A DNA stretch of 24,000 nt from Thermophilibacter immobilis (GTDB taxonomy: Bacteria > Actinomycetota > Coriobacteriia > Coriobacteriales > Atopobiaceae), in assembly GCF_015277515.1 (NCBI RefSeq), contig NZ_CP063767.1:1988770-2012769 (forward strand), in the 5' to 3' direction. Both the position numbers and the translations under genes were made by a program. The notes beneath the pieces are model-generated. The model did not search any database, had not been told where the DNA came from, and saw nothing but the letters and a program-made list of their open reading frames with translations. Positions 1 through 8,787 of this stretch are shown piece after piece; the first letter of the stretch is position 1; the number at the start of each line of letters is the position of its first letter.

Positions 1-41
1 GCTGTTTGAGAACGGGGGTTGTCCCTCCGCCCTTTGAGAGG

Positions 42-776
42 TTACTCAGCCGGGCACATCGTCAGCGCGGCCTCGTCAGCAACCACCACGCAGTTGGTGT
101 GCAGCTGCAGTATGGAGGCGGGACAGGCGGGCGTTACCGGGCCGTAGCACATGTCGTAGACGGCCTGCGCCTTCTTCTTGCCGCTCGCGATCACCAGAAT
201 CTGACGCGCGGCCATGATCGTCTGCGTTCCCATCGTATAGGCCTGGCGGGGCACGTCGTCGGCATGCGCGAACAGGCGGCTGTTGGCCTGGATGGTCGAC
301 TCGGTCAAATCGACGCAGTGCGTCCCCTTGGAGAAGTGGTCGTCGGGCTCGTTGAAGCCGATGTGCCCATTGTTGCCGATGCCCAGAAGCTGCAGGTCAG
401 GGTAGCCGACCGCAGCCACCGCCTGATCATAGGCGGAGCAGGCGGCGTCGGCGTCGGGATTGGAGCCGTCGGGCACGTGCGTGTGGGCCGCATCGATGTT
501 GACGTGGTCGAAGAGGTTCTCGCGCATGAAGTGGTGGTAGCTCTGGGAGTCGTCGTGGGAGAGCCCGCGATACTCGTCCAGGTTGTAGGTCGAGACCTGT
601 GCGAAGTCGAGGTCCCCCTTCTGGTACCACTCGATGAGCTGCTGATAGGTGCCCACCGGCGTCGAGCCCGTTGCCAGCCCCAGCACGCAGTCGGGCCTGA
701 GTATGATCTGCGCCGATATGATGTTGGCCGCCTTGCGGCTCATGTCGGCATAGTCCTTAGCGCGCAGAATCTTCAT
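42..776 (-). CDS. nagB: Glucosamine-6-phosphate deaminase (NagB)
   Basis: I start at the ATG at 776 (MKILRAKDY...); the 18 upstream codons of the track ORF look non-coding. Family motifs GLATGSTP, YNLDEY and LLGIGNNGHIGFNEP are present. TAA stop at 42-44. Confidence 0.9.
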   Translation of the reverse strand: MKILRAKDYADMSRKAANIISAQIILRPDCVLGLATGSTPVGTYQQLIEWYQKGDLDFAQVSTYNLDEYRGLSHDDSQSYHHFMRENLFDHVNIDAAHTHVPDGSNPDADAACSAYDQAVAAVGYPDLQLLGIGNNGHIGFNEPDDHFSKGTHCVDLTESTIQANSRLFAHADDVPRQAYTMGTQTIMAARQILVIASGKKKAQAVYDMCYGPVTPACPASILQLHTNCVVVADEAALTMCPAE

Positions 777-1056
777 GGTGCATCCCTTCGTCCAGCGGCG
801 AGCGATCGTCCGCCCACCTCGCGGCCCCATCAGCCGCGGCCAATGTGACGGCGACCACCAGGGCGAGGTCGCACAGAGCTCAAAAAGGACTCACCGTGTC
901 GAGGCCCCTGCCCGTCCACGGAGATCGCGAGGCGCACTGCCCCACGGCACCACCATAGCGCGTCCGCGGGCCATCGGTGCCGAGTTTTATAGGAACGATC
1001 ATCTCGGACGCGTGAGTTAGGATAGGCACCCCGAGGCAGCATGAGCGGAGAATCGC

Positions 1057-1680
1057 CTAGAGCTTGGAGACCAGGTCCTCGAGGGCATGAAAGCGGTGAG
1101 AAATGCGGTTCTTCTCGTCAAGGGTGAGCTCTGCCATGGCACGACCGGGAGTCACGCTGGGTCGGAACAGGGGATCGTAGCCAAAGCCGTACTGGCCACG
1201 GGCCTCGTGACCAATCGCACCCTCACAGTCACCGTCTCCACGCAGCACCTCGTCTGTGCGCGCGAAGACCACCGTCGAGTGGAAGTGCGCCGTGCGTTTG
1301 GCATCCGCGACATCCTTGAGCTCGGACAGGAGCTTGGCATTGTTGGCGGCGTCGTTCCCATGTGCGCCCGCCCAGCGTGCCGAGAAGATGCCCGGGGCGC
1401 CATCGAGCGCGTCCACGCACAGGCCGGAGTCATCGGCCACGGCCAAGGGCAGTCCCGTGACAGTCTGCGCGTTTCGTGCCTTGATGAGGGCATTGTCAAA
1501 GAAGGTCTCGCCGTCCTCGACGGGGTCCTCGAAGTCCCCAAGCTCACCGAGGGCCACAAAGCGCACCCCCGGAAGAACCTTTGAGAGCATGGCCTCGATC
1601 TCCGTGACCTTGTGCGCGTTGCCCGTAGCCACGACCACGGTCTTTGCGGGGTCTAGGCTCTCTGTGTCAATGGCTGCCAT
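1057..1680 (-). CDS. rdgB: Non-canonical purine NTP (dITP/XTP) pyrophosphatase, RdgB/Ham1 family
   Basis: I start at the ATG at 1680 (MAAID...), preceded by GGGGAG. Motifs ATGNAHKVTEI, DDSGLCVDALDGAPGIFSARW, FGYDPLF and SHR are typical of RdgB. Confidence 0.9.
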   Translation of the reverse strand: MAAIDTESLDPAKTVVVATGNAHKVTEIEAMLSKVLPGVRFVALGELGDFEDPVEDGETFFDNALIKARNAQTVTGLPLAVADDSGLCVDALDGAPGIFSARWAGAHGNDAANNAKLLSELKDVADAKRTAHFHSTVVFARTDEVLRGDGDCEGAIGHEARGQYGFGYDPLFRPSVTPGRAMAELTLDEKNRISHRFHALEDLVSKL

Positions 1681-1908
1681 CTTGTCTCCCCTGTCCGTCT
1701 CCTGCACTTTAGGCCATCGACGCACGAAAAGGTAAATTCGCCGCAGCTTGGGCCTGTCGACATACGTGTCGCTCGCCTCTCAAGAGCCTTCTAAGACGTC
1801 TCATGATAGCTCAGCCCGGAAAAGCCCCGAGGGCGAGAAGATCCCCGCGCCCCCGGACGAACGAGCAATGAGAGCCCACCGCGATAAGCGGGCAAGGGGG
1901 GGCACCCC

Positions 1909-3237
1909 CTAGGCGCCGAAACGCCCCACGCCCTCCCGCGAGACACGCGCGAAGAAGTGCGGAACGGGTTCCGGCTGCTCATCGCGGATGTCATACACGC
2001 CCCGAAGGATGCGCTCCGCCTCGTCGAGACGCTCCTCGCTGTTGGCGTAGAGCGTGGCCATGAGGTCTCCGGGAGCAATCCGCGCGCCGGTCTTGGCCGC
2101 GAGCACGATGCCGGCCGCCGGATCGATGGCATCCTCCTTGGTGGCACGACCCGCCCCGAGCGCGACCGACGCGATGCCGCAGCGCCCCGTGTCCATAGCA
2201 AAGACCCAGCCTCCGTCAACGGAGCGGACCTCGCGAGAGCACGCGGGCTGTGCAAAGAGCGCGTAATCATCGAGGACCCGCGCGTCCCCGCCCTGAGCCG
2301 CGACCATCTCGTGCAGCTTCTGGAATCCCTGACCGTTGGAGATCTGCGTACGCGCCGTTTTGCGGCACTTCTCCAGGCTGCCCACGCCCGCGAGAAAGAG
2401 CATGTTGGCCGCAAGCTCCACGCAGGTCTCGGTGAGATCCTCGGAAGCCGTGCCCTTGAGCACATCGCAGGCCTCCATGACCTCGAGGGAGTTGCCGATG
2501 GCACGGCCCAGGGGACGTCCCATGTCGGTGATAAGGGCGACCGTGGTGCGGCCAACTTCCTCTCCCAGGTCGACCATGCACTGAGCAAGGGCTACGGCGT
2601 CCTCGGAGGTCTTCATGAAGGCGCCGCTTCCGCACTTGACGTCGAGCAGAATCGCATCGGCACCGGACGCGATCTTCTTGCTCATAATGCTCGAGGCGAT
2701 GAGGGGAAGCGAGTCGACGGTGGCGGTGACGTCACGTAGGGCATAGAGCTTCTTGTCCGCGGGGACGAGGTTGCCCGTCTGTCCGATGACGGCACAGCCG
2801 ACCTCGTTCACGATTCTGAAGAACCGCTCCATGTCCACGTCTACGGAAAGCCCAGGGATGGACTCGAGCTTGTCTAGGGTTCCCCCGGTGTGTCCCAGGC
2901 CGCGTCCGCTCATCTTAGCCACGGGCACGCCCAGAGACGCCACGAGCGGGGCTATGACCAGCGTAGTCTTGTCGCCCACACCGCCGGTCGAGTGCTTGTC
3001 GACCTTCACGCCTCGGATGGCGGAGAGGTCGACCATGTCGCCGGAACGGGCCATGTCCATGGTGAGACGCGCGGTCTCGCCGGCGTTCATGCCCTCGTAG
3101 AAGATGGCCATGAGCAGGGCGGACGCCTGATAGTCGGGGATGCTTCCCGCCACGTAGCCGTTGACGAAGAAGTCGATCTGGTCGTCCGTGAGCACGCCGC
3201 CGTTGCGCTTCTGCTCGATGATGTCGTACATTCTCAT
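1909..3237 (-). CDS. pdp: Pyrimidine-nucleoside (thymidine) phosphorylase
   Basis: 442 aa. N-terminus MRMYDIIEQKRNGG, plus KHSTGGVGDKTTL and SGRGLGHTGGTLDKLE motifs characteristic of Pdp/DeoA. It lies 24 nt downstream of cdd on the same strand. Confidence 0.92.
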   Translation of the reverse strand: MRMYDIIEQKRNGGVLTDDQIDFFVNGYVAGSIPDYQASALLMAIFYEGMNAGETARLTMDMARSGDMVDLSAIRGVKVDKHSTGGVGDKTTLVIAPLVASLGVPVAKMSGRGLGHTGGTLDKLESIPGLSVDVDMERFFRIVNEVGCAVIGQTGNLVPADKKLYALRDVTATVDSLPLIASSIMSKKIASGADAILLDVKCGSGAFMKTSEDAVALAQCMVDLGEEVGRTTVALITDMGRPLGRAIGNSLEVMEACDVLKGTASEDLTETCVELAANMLFLAGVGSLEKCRKTARTQISNGQGFQKLHEMVAAQGGDARVLDDYALFAQPACSREVRSVDGGWVFAMDTGRCGIASVALGAGRATKEDAIDPAAGIVLAAKTGARIAPGDLMATLYANSEERLDEAERILRGVYDIRDEQPEPVPHFFARVSREGVGRFGA

Positions 3238-3261
3238 GCCGAATCGTTTCCTTTCGTAGCG

Positions 3262-3714
3262 CTACGCCGATGTCCCGGGCGCGGGCCGTCCTAGATCCTC
3301 CGGTCCGAACCCCAGGGGCAAAAGCTCCTTCAGCGCGAGCGCGCGCGTCTCGAACGTGCCTGCCCGTGTGCCGGAGCGTCCGAGAATAACACGGAACGTA
3401 TCCTGGTCACAGAACTCGCGCATCACCTGGCGGCACACGCCGCAGGGCGCGCACCACTCACGCGGGGGCTCGCCCTCGGGCCCGCCCACGATGGCGATGG
3501 CCGCAAAGGAGCGCGTCCCCTCGCTGACGGCCTTGAAGAAGGCCGTGCGCTCGGCGCAGTTGCTGGGCGTGTAGGAGGCGTTCTCGATGTTGCACCCCTG
3601 GGTCACGCTGCCGTCGGACGCGAGCAGCGCCGCCCCCACGGCAAAGCGGGAGTACGGGACGTACGCCCGCTCGCGCGCCCCGACGGCCAGTCCGACGAGC
3701 TCCTCGTCCTCCAT
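3262..3714 (-). CDS. cdd: Cytidine deaminase
   Basis: 150 aa with zinc-ligand motifs CAERTA and PCGVCRQ, typical of the small Cdd family. It is packed tightly between the permease gene and pdp. Confidence 0.9.
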   Translation of the reverse strand: MEDEELVGLAVGARERAYVPYSRFAVGAALLASDGSVTQGCNIENASYTPSNCAERTAFFKAVSEGTRSFAAIAIVGGPEGEPPREWCAPCGVCRQVMREFCDQDTFRVILGRSGTRAGTFETRALALKELLPLGFGPEDLGRPAPGTSA

Positions 3715-3724
3715 GGTGCCCTCC

Positions 3725-4642
3725 TTATCGGCTGCCCTTCACGTACGGCACGCCATCGGCCTTGGGAGCCACGGAGCTGCCCACGAACAGGACGAGCGTG
3801 AGAATCGTGATGACGTAGGGCAGCATCGAGAGGATCTGGGACGGAATGGCCGCACCGCCGCCCAGCATGATGACGAGCGCCTGCGTGAAGCCGAACAGCA
3901 TGCACGCGCCATAGGTGCCAAACGGCTTCCACTTGCCGAAGATGACCGCAGCAAGCGCGATGAAGCCCTGGCCGGCGATGGCCGTCTGCGTGAACTGGGA
4001 GATGATGGCCAGCGTGACCGAGGCGCCCCCAAAGCCGGCGAGCATGCCGGAGGTGAGGACGCACAGCCAACGGGTGCGGGAGACGTTGATGCCGAGCGTG
4101 TCGGCAGCGGCGGGATGCTCGCCCACGGCACGCACGCGCAGCCCCCACTTGGTCTTGTAAAGCACGAACCAGACGGCGATGGTGGCAATAAGAGCGAGCA
4201 GCACCGTGACGTCCACGTTGAGGCTCGCAATCGGAGTGTCCGAAAGACCTCCGGCCCCAAAGACCTTGGGAAGCGTGGCGACGATGGAGGACATGGCCGC
4301 CCCGTCGAACATGCTGCGGCAAGCGAACAGGGCAATGCCCGGGGCGAGCAGGTTGATGGCCACGCCCGAGACCGTCTGGTCGGCCGTAAAGGTGACCGAC
4401 GCCAAGGCGTGGAGCGCCGCGATGAGCATTCCGCAGACGCCCGCGAACAAAAAGCCGAGCCACGGGTTGCCCGTGAGGTGGCTGCCCGCCACGCCGGCGA
4501 AGGCACCCACGGCCATCATGCCCTCGATGGCGATGTTGGTCACGCCGGAGCGCTCCGAGACCACGCCGCCCAGGGCCCCGAACACGTAGGGCGTGGAATA
4601 CGTAAGTGTGATGGCAACGAGCATGATCAGACTATTCAGCAT
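3725..4642 (-). CDS. ABC transporter permease (nucleoside/BMP-type uptake system, second permease)
   Basis: 305 aa, multi-pass hydrophobic protein. The N-terminus TYSTPYVFGALGGVVSERSGVTNIAIEGMM is typical of BMP-associated (RbsC-like) permeases. Its start overlaps the upstream permease gene by 11 nt. Confidence 0.85.
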   Translation of the reverse strand: MLNSLIMLVAITLTYSTPYVFGALGGVVSERSGVTNIAIEGMMAVGAFAGVAGSHLTGNPWLGFLFAGVCGMLIAALHALASVTFTADQTVSGVAINLLAPGIALFACRSMFDGAAMSSIVATLPKVFGAGGLSDTPIASLNVDVTVLLALIATIAVWFVLYKTKWGLRVRAVGEHPAAADTLGINVSRTRWLCVLTSGMLAGFGGASVTLAIISQFTQTAIAGQGFIALAAVIFGKWKPFGTYGACMLFGFTQALVIMLGGGAAIPSQILSMLPYVITILTLVLFVGSSVAPKADGVPYVKGSR

Positions 4643-5960
4643 CGCCGGCCTCCTTGCTGTTCGCGTCTGCGTCCGTGCCGCCGGGCGCGCCCACGTCGGG
4701 GTCAGCCGGCACAGGGCCCGGCTCCACCGGGGATGCCTCCTGCTCTATGGGATAGGCGGAGGTCTCGTTCTTCTCGGCGCCCATCTCGATGACGCCACCG
4801 GACGCATCCGTCGGACTCGCCCCTACGAGGGCGCCCTCGGCCGCGAGTGCGCGCCTGCGCTCGATGCGCTCGGCGAGCTTGGGCACGATGCCGCCCAGGG
4901 CCATGAAGAATACGATGGTGCCAATCATGATGTTGATAATCTCTGACGGCGCCCCCATGACCTGCTGCACCGTCTGGCCACCGTAGATGAGACCGGCAAA
5001 CAGCAGGGACGCGGGGATGCAGCCCAGAGGCGAGCAGCCGGCGATAAAGGCAACGGACAGGCCGTTGAAGCCGTAGTTCTCAAAAGCGGCGATCGTGGAG
5101 ATGGAGTGCGGGGAGATGCCCGTGATGGTGAGGGCGCCGGCAAGGCCGCACAGGCCTCCGGATATGAGCATGCACAACACGATGTTCTTCTGCACGTTGA
5201 TGCCAGCGAACTGGGCGGCGTCGCGGGCCAGGCCCACCGCGCGGATCTCGTAGCCCACCTTGGTCTTGGTGAGCAGCCAGGCGATGAAAATCGCGGCCAG
5301 AAGGGCGATGGCAAAGCCCACGTTGGCGTCGGTCTTGACGAGCGCCTCCTGGAGCCAGGGAATGCCGGAGAGCGCCTTCTGGCCCGCCTCGGACACCTTC
5401 CAGTTGGGAAGGATCATCGTGAAGCTCGACTCGTTGACCGGGATGGCCCCCGTGGAGTTGGCACGGTGGAAGGTGTCAGTCTGCACGACGAAGTTGCAGA
5501 GGTAGAGCATGATCCAGTTGAGCATGATGCTCGTGATGACCTCGTGGATGCCAAACTTCCCCTTGAGCCAGCCGACAAAGGCGCCCAGGAGCGCGCCTCC
5601 CGCCGTGCCCGCAAGGATCACGAGCGGAATCTGGAGGGGCGCCGGGAGATTGACCTGCGAGCCCACGACGACGGCGAGCACGGTGCCGCAGATGTACTGC
5701 CCCTCTCCGCCGATGTTGAAGAGCCCCGCCTTGTAGGCAAAGGCGACCCCACAGCCCGTGAGCAGGAGCGGCGTGGCCTTGATGATAACGTTGGCAATGT
5801 ACTTGGGCCTGCCGAGAGCCCCGTTGAACAGCGCGGCAAACGAGCCCGCGGGGTCATAGCCCGCGCTGGCGAGCACGATCGCCGCCACACCAAAACCAAA
5901 GAGAATGGCGACGATCGCCGAGACGATGGGCTTCTTCAGGATCTTGGTGAAGGTGCTCAT
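4632..5960 (-). CDS. ABC transporter permease (first permease) with an ~80-aa acidic, Pro-rich C-terminal tail
   Basis: 442 aa. The hydrophobic core contains GLFNIGGEGQ, the permease signature of this family. ATGA start/stop overlap with the ATPase gene at 5957-5960. Confidence 0.85.
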   Translation of the reverse strand: MSTFTKILKKPIVSAIVAILFGFGVAAIVLASAGYDPAGSFAALFNGALGRPKYIANVIIKATPLLLTGCGVAFAYKAGLFNIGGEGQYICGTVLAVVVGSQVNLPAPLQIPLVILAGTAGGALLGAFVGWLKGKFGIHEVITSIMLNWIMLYLCNFVVQTDTFHRANSTGAIPVNESSFTMILPNWKVSEAGQKALSGIPWLQEALVKTDANVGFAIALLAAIFIAWLLTKTKVGYEIRAVGLARDAAQFAGINVQKNIVLCMLISGGLCGLAGALTITGISPHSISTIAAFENYGFNGLSVAFIAGCSPLGCIPASLLFAGLIYGGQTVQQVMGAPSEIINIMIGTIVFFMALGGIVPKLAERIERRRALAAEGALVGASPTDASGGVIEMGAEKNETSAYPIEQEASPVEPGPVPADPDVGAPGGTDADANSKEAGDAE

Positions 5961-7486
5961 TTGCTCTCACCCCCTGCCATGAGAAGGCCAATCTGTCGCT
6001 CGTTGACCGTTCCCTGGTCGAAGGAGCCGACGATGGCACCGTCGTAGATGACGTCGATTCTGTCGGACACGCTCATGACCTCGTCAAGCTCGAGCGAGAT
6101 GAGCAGGATGGCGGCGCCTCGGTCGCGCTCGCGCACGAGCGCCTTGTGCACGAACTCGATAGCGCCCACGTCGAGGCCGCGCGTGGGCTGAACCGCAACA
6201 AGAAGATCGGGCTCGCGTGAGACCTCGCGCGCAATGATGACCTTCTGCTGATTGCCCCCGGAGAGGCCTCCCGCGGCGTGGTCCTCGCAGTCATCGGGGC
6301 GAATGTCAAACTCCCTGATGAGCTCGCGCGTATACGCGCGCATGCGGTCGTAGTCGAGCCGGATGCCCGAGCCAAACTCGTCCTGGTCGTGAATCTCGAG
6401 CACGACGTTCTCGGCCACGGTAAACGGCAAGACCAGGCCCCAGCGGTGACGGTCGGAGGGGATGGTGGCCACGGAGTGGTCGAGCACGTTTTTGATGCTC
6501 GTATTCTGCACCTCGACGCCCCGTACGCTGATGGTCCCCGACTCCACCTTGACAAGGCCGTCTATGGCGTCGGTGAGCTCCGCCTGCCCGTTTCCGTCGA
6601 TGCCCGCCACGCCCACGATCTCGCCGGCATGCACGTCAAGGGAGAGGCCCTTGACCTGCCCGATGCCACGCGCGTCCTTCACGTGGAGGTCGCGGATGGA
6701 CAGAACCACGTCACCGGGACGCGTAGAGCCCTTCTCCACGTTGAAGCTCACGCGACGTCCCACCATCCGAGAGGCGAGCTCCTCCTGGCTAGTCGTGGCA
6801 ACGTCCACGGTGCCCATGTAGACGCCCCGGCGGATGATGGTGCACTCGTCCGCGGAGGCCATGATCTCCTTGAGCTTGTGGGTGATGATGATGATCGTCT
6901 TGCCCTTGTCCACCAGGCCGTGCATGATCTTGATGAGCTTGTCGATCTCCTGAGGGGTGAGCACGGCCGTGGGCTCGTCCAAGACCAGCGTCTGGGCCCC
7001 GCGATAGAGGACCTTGAGGATCTCCACGCGCTGCTGCATGCCCACCGAGATGTCCTCGACCTTGGCGTCCAGGTCAACGTCGAAGCCGTACTCGTCGGCG
7101 ATCTGGGCGACGCGCTCGCGCGCTCGCCGGGGGTCCAGGATGCCGGGGGCGCCGCAGACCTCGTCGCCGAGCACGATGTTCTCGGTGACCGTGAAGTTTT
7201 CCACGAGCATGAAGTGCTGGTGAACCATGCCGATGCCCTGCGCGATGGCACCCGTGGGGTCCTTGATGCCGACCTGCTCGCCGTTGAGAAAGACCTCTCC
7301 CTCGTCGGCCTGGTACAGGCCATAGAGCACGTTCATGAGCGTGCTCTTGCCCGCCCCGTTCTCTCCCAAGATGGCATGGATGGACTGCCTCCTGACGTCC
7401 AGGTTCACGCCGTCGAGCGCCTTGAACGTGCCGAAGGTCTTGGTGATGCCGTGCATCTGCACCGCGTATGCCGGACTGACCTCCAC
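5957..7486 (-). CDS. ABC transporter ATP-binding protein, tandem-NBD (RbsA-like/nucleoside type)
   Basis: 509 aa. Walker A GENGAGKST, Walker B LVLDEPT, a second signature LSGGNQQK and a degenerate second P-loop GIDGNGQ. GTG start at 7484-7486, preceded by AAAGGAGG 6 nt upstream. Confidence 0.9.
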   Translation of the reverse strand: MEVSPAYAVQMHGITKTFGTFKALDGVNLDVRRQSIHAILGENGAGKSTLMNVLYGLYQADEGEVFLNGEQVGIKDPTGAIAQGIGMVHQHFMLVENFTVTENIVLGDEVCGAPGILDPRRARERVAQIADEYGFDVDLDAKVEDISVGMQQRVEILKVLYRGAQTLVLDEPTAVLTPQEIDKLIKIMHGLVDKGKTIIIITHKLKEIMASADECTIIRRGVYMGTVDVATTSQEELASRMVGRRVSFNVEKGSTRPGDVVLSIRDLHVKDARGIGQVKGLSLDVHAGEIVGVAGIDGNGQAELTDAIDGLVKVESGTISVRGVEVQNTSIKNVLDHSVATIPSDRHRWGLVLPFTVAENVVLEIHDQDEFGSGIRLDYDRMRAYTRELIREFDIRPDDCEDHAAGGLSGGNQQKVIIAREVSREPDLLVAVQPTRGLDVGAIEFVHKALVRERDRGAAILLISLELDEVMSVSDRIDVIYDGAIVGSFDQGTVNERQIGLLMAGGESK

Positions 7487-7516
7487 GTGTCGCCTCCTTT
7501 AGCTCGTCCTCCCATA

Positions 7517-7552
7517 GCGCGGGGGACACCTCATCGAGGCATCCCCCGGCGC
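7517..7552 (-). promoter_or_regulatory. Intercistronic stem-loop between the binding-protein gene and the ATPase gene
   Basis: GGGGGA (7521-7526) pairs with TCCCCC (7542-7547), and flanking GC pairs extend the stem with one bulge. 15-nt loop. It sits 20 nt after the lipoprotein stop and just before the ATPase RBS. Confidence 0.4.
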
Positions 7553-7571
7553 AATGGGCCTGCGTGCAGCC

Positions 7572-8660
7572 CTAGGCAGAGAAGGAGCTGAGCTCGCTCT
7601 CGTTTGCGGGAGGCTTGATGTCTCCGCTCTTGATCTTTTCGCCGATCTCGACGGCCTCGTTGTAGATCTCGTCGCCGATGATGTCATGCCCCTCGGGGAT
7701 CCCCACGCAGTCCTCGGTCATGCCCAGGCTGATCGTGGTGCCGCCCTCGAGGTCGCCGGACTCGATCCGGGTGGACACGTCCACGACGGCCACGTCGACG
7801 CGCTTGAGCGCCGAGGTGATGACGTTGTCCTCGGCGAGGTAGGACTGGTCCATGTCCACGCCGATCGCGTACTGGTTGGCCTCCTTGGCCGCCTCGATGA
7901 CGCCCGTGCCCACGCCACCGGCGGCGTGGAAGACGATGTCGCAGCCGTCCGAGAACATCTTCTGCGTGATGGACTTGCCCTTGGCGGAGTCGCTGAAGGA
8001 CTCGGCGTACTGGGCCTGGACCTCGACGCTCGTGCCCTTGGTGGAGTTGGCGTAGGCGACGCCGCCCTTGTAGCCAAACTCGAACTGGTCGATGACGTCC
8101 GAGGAGACGCCGCCCACAAAGCCGACCTTGCCCGTCTTGGTGAAGCACGCCGCGATGTAGCCGACCATGAACGAGGGCTCCTGGGCGCGGAACTGGACGC
8201 CGGTGAGGTTGGAGACGTCAGAGGCGTTCGCGTTGTCGACGATGGCGAACTTGACGTCGGGATTCTGCTGGGCGGACTTCTCGACGGCGTCGGCCATGGC
8301 AAAGCCCACGCCCCAGATCAGGTTAGAGCCGTCATCGACGGCCTTGTCCAGGTTGGTGGCGTAGTCGGCCTCCTGCTTGGACTCGAGGTAGCTCACCTCC
8401 CAGCCCTTCTCCTCGTTGAGCTGCTGAAGGCCGGCCCAAGAGAGCTGGTTGAAGGACTGGTCGTTGACGCCGCCGGTGTCGGTGATCATCTCGAGCTTGT
8501 AGCTGGCCTCGGAATCCGTGCTGGAGGAGCCGGAATCGGAGGAGGAGTCGGAGGTACTCGAGCCACCACCGCACCCCGCCAGGCCGAGACCCGCAAAGAC
8601 CGCCACGGCACCCATCCCCCCGATGAAGCCACGACGCGAAACGCTGTGATTCTCCCTCAT
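7572..8660 (-). CDS. BMP-family (PnrA/Med-like) nucleoside-binding lipoprotein, ABC substrate-binding component
   Basis: I start at the ATG at 8660 (MRENHSVSRRGFIGG...), preceded by AGAAGGAG. Twin-arginine-like SRRGFI is followed by the lipobox LAGC and a Ser-rich linker. The mature part (TDTGGVNDQSFNQ, GVGF, FVGG) is typical of the Bmp family. Confidence 0.88.
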   Translation of the reverse strand: MRENHSVSRRGFIGGMGAVAVFAGLGLAGCGGGSSTSDSSSDSGSSSTDSEASYKLEMITDTGGVNDQSFNQLSWAGLQQLNEEKGWEVSYLESKQEADYATNLDKAVDDGSNLIWGVGFAMADAVEKSAQQNPDVKFAIVDNANASDVSNLTGVQFRAQEPSFMVGYIAACFTKTGKVGFVGGVSSDVIDQFEFGYKGGVAYANSTKGTSVEVQAQYAESFSDSAKGKSITQKMFSDGCDIVFHAAGGVGTGVIEAAKEANQYAIGVDMDQSYLAEDNVITSALKRVDVAVVDVSTRIESGDLEGGTTISLGMTEDCVGIPEGHDIIGDEIYNEAVEIGEKIKSGDIKPPANESELSSFSA

Positions 8661-8683
8661 TGCAACGCTCCTTCTCTGTTGTA

Positions 8684-8754
8684 TCTCGGCTGGACGCCGA
8701 GACCCCTTTGAGACGGCCTTGTCCGTCTCCTTTTGAACGGGCCCGAAGACCCGT
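8684..8754 (-). promoter_or_regulatory. Three tandem stem-loops in the deoD-lipoprotein spacer
   Basis: Perfect stems are TCTCGGC/GCCGAGA (8684-8702), GAGACGG/CCGTCTC (8710-8729) and ACGGG/CCCGT (8737-8754). None is followed by a U-tract in the minus-strand (sense) RNA. Confidence 0.45.
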
Positions 8755-8787
8755 GAAGTGCCCGCTTTTTGTGCACTCCCCCTGGCA

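Noticed and set aside
1726-1908. pdp-rdgB spacer, examined for a terminator (GCCC-TCG-GGGC followed by TTTT on the minus strand, near 1826-1842) and an rdgB promoter
   Set aside because: The stem is only 4 bp. A TATCAT-like -10 element is present, but I could not find a convincing -35 element. It is not supportable as a feature.
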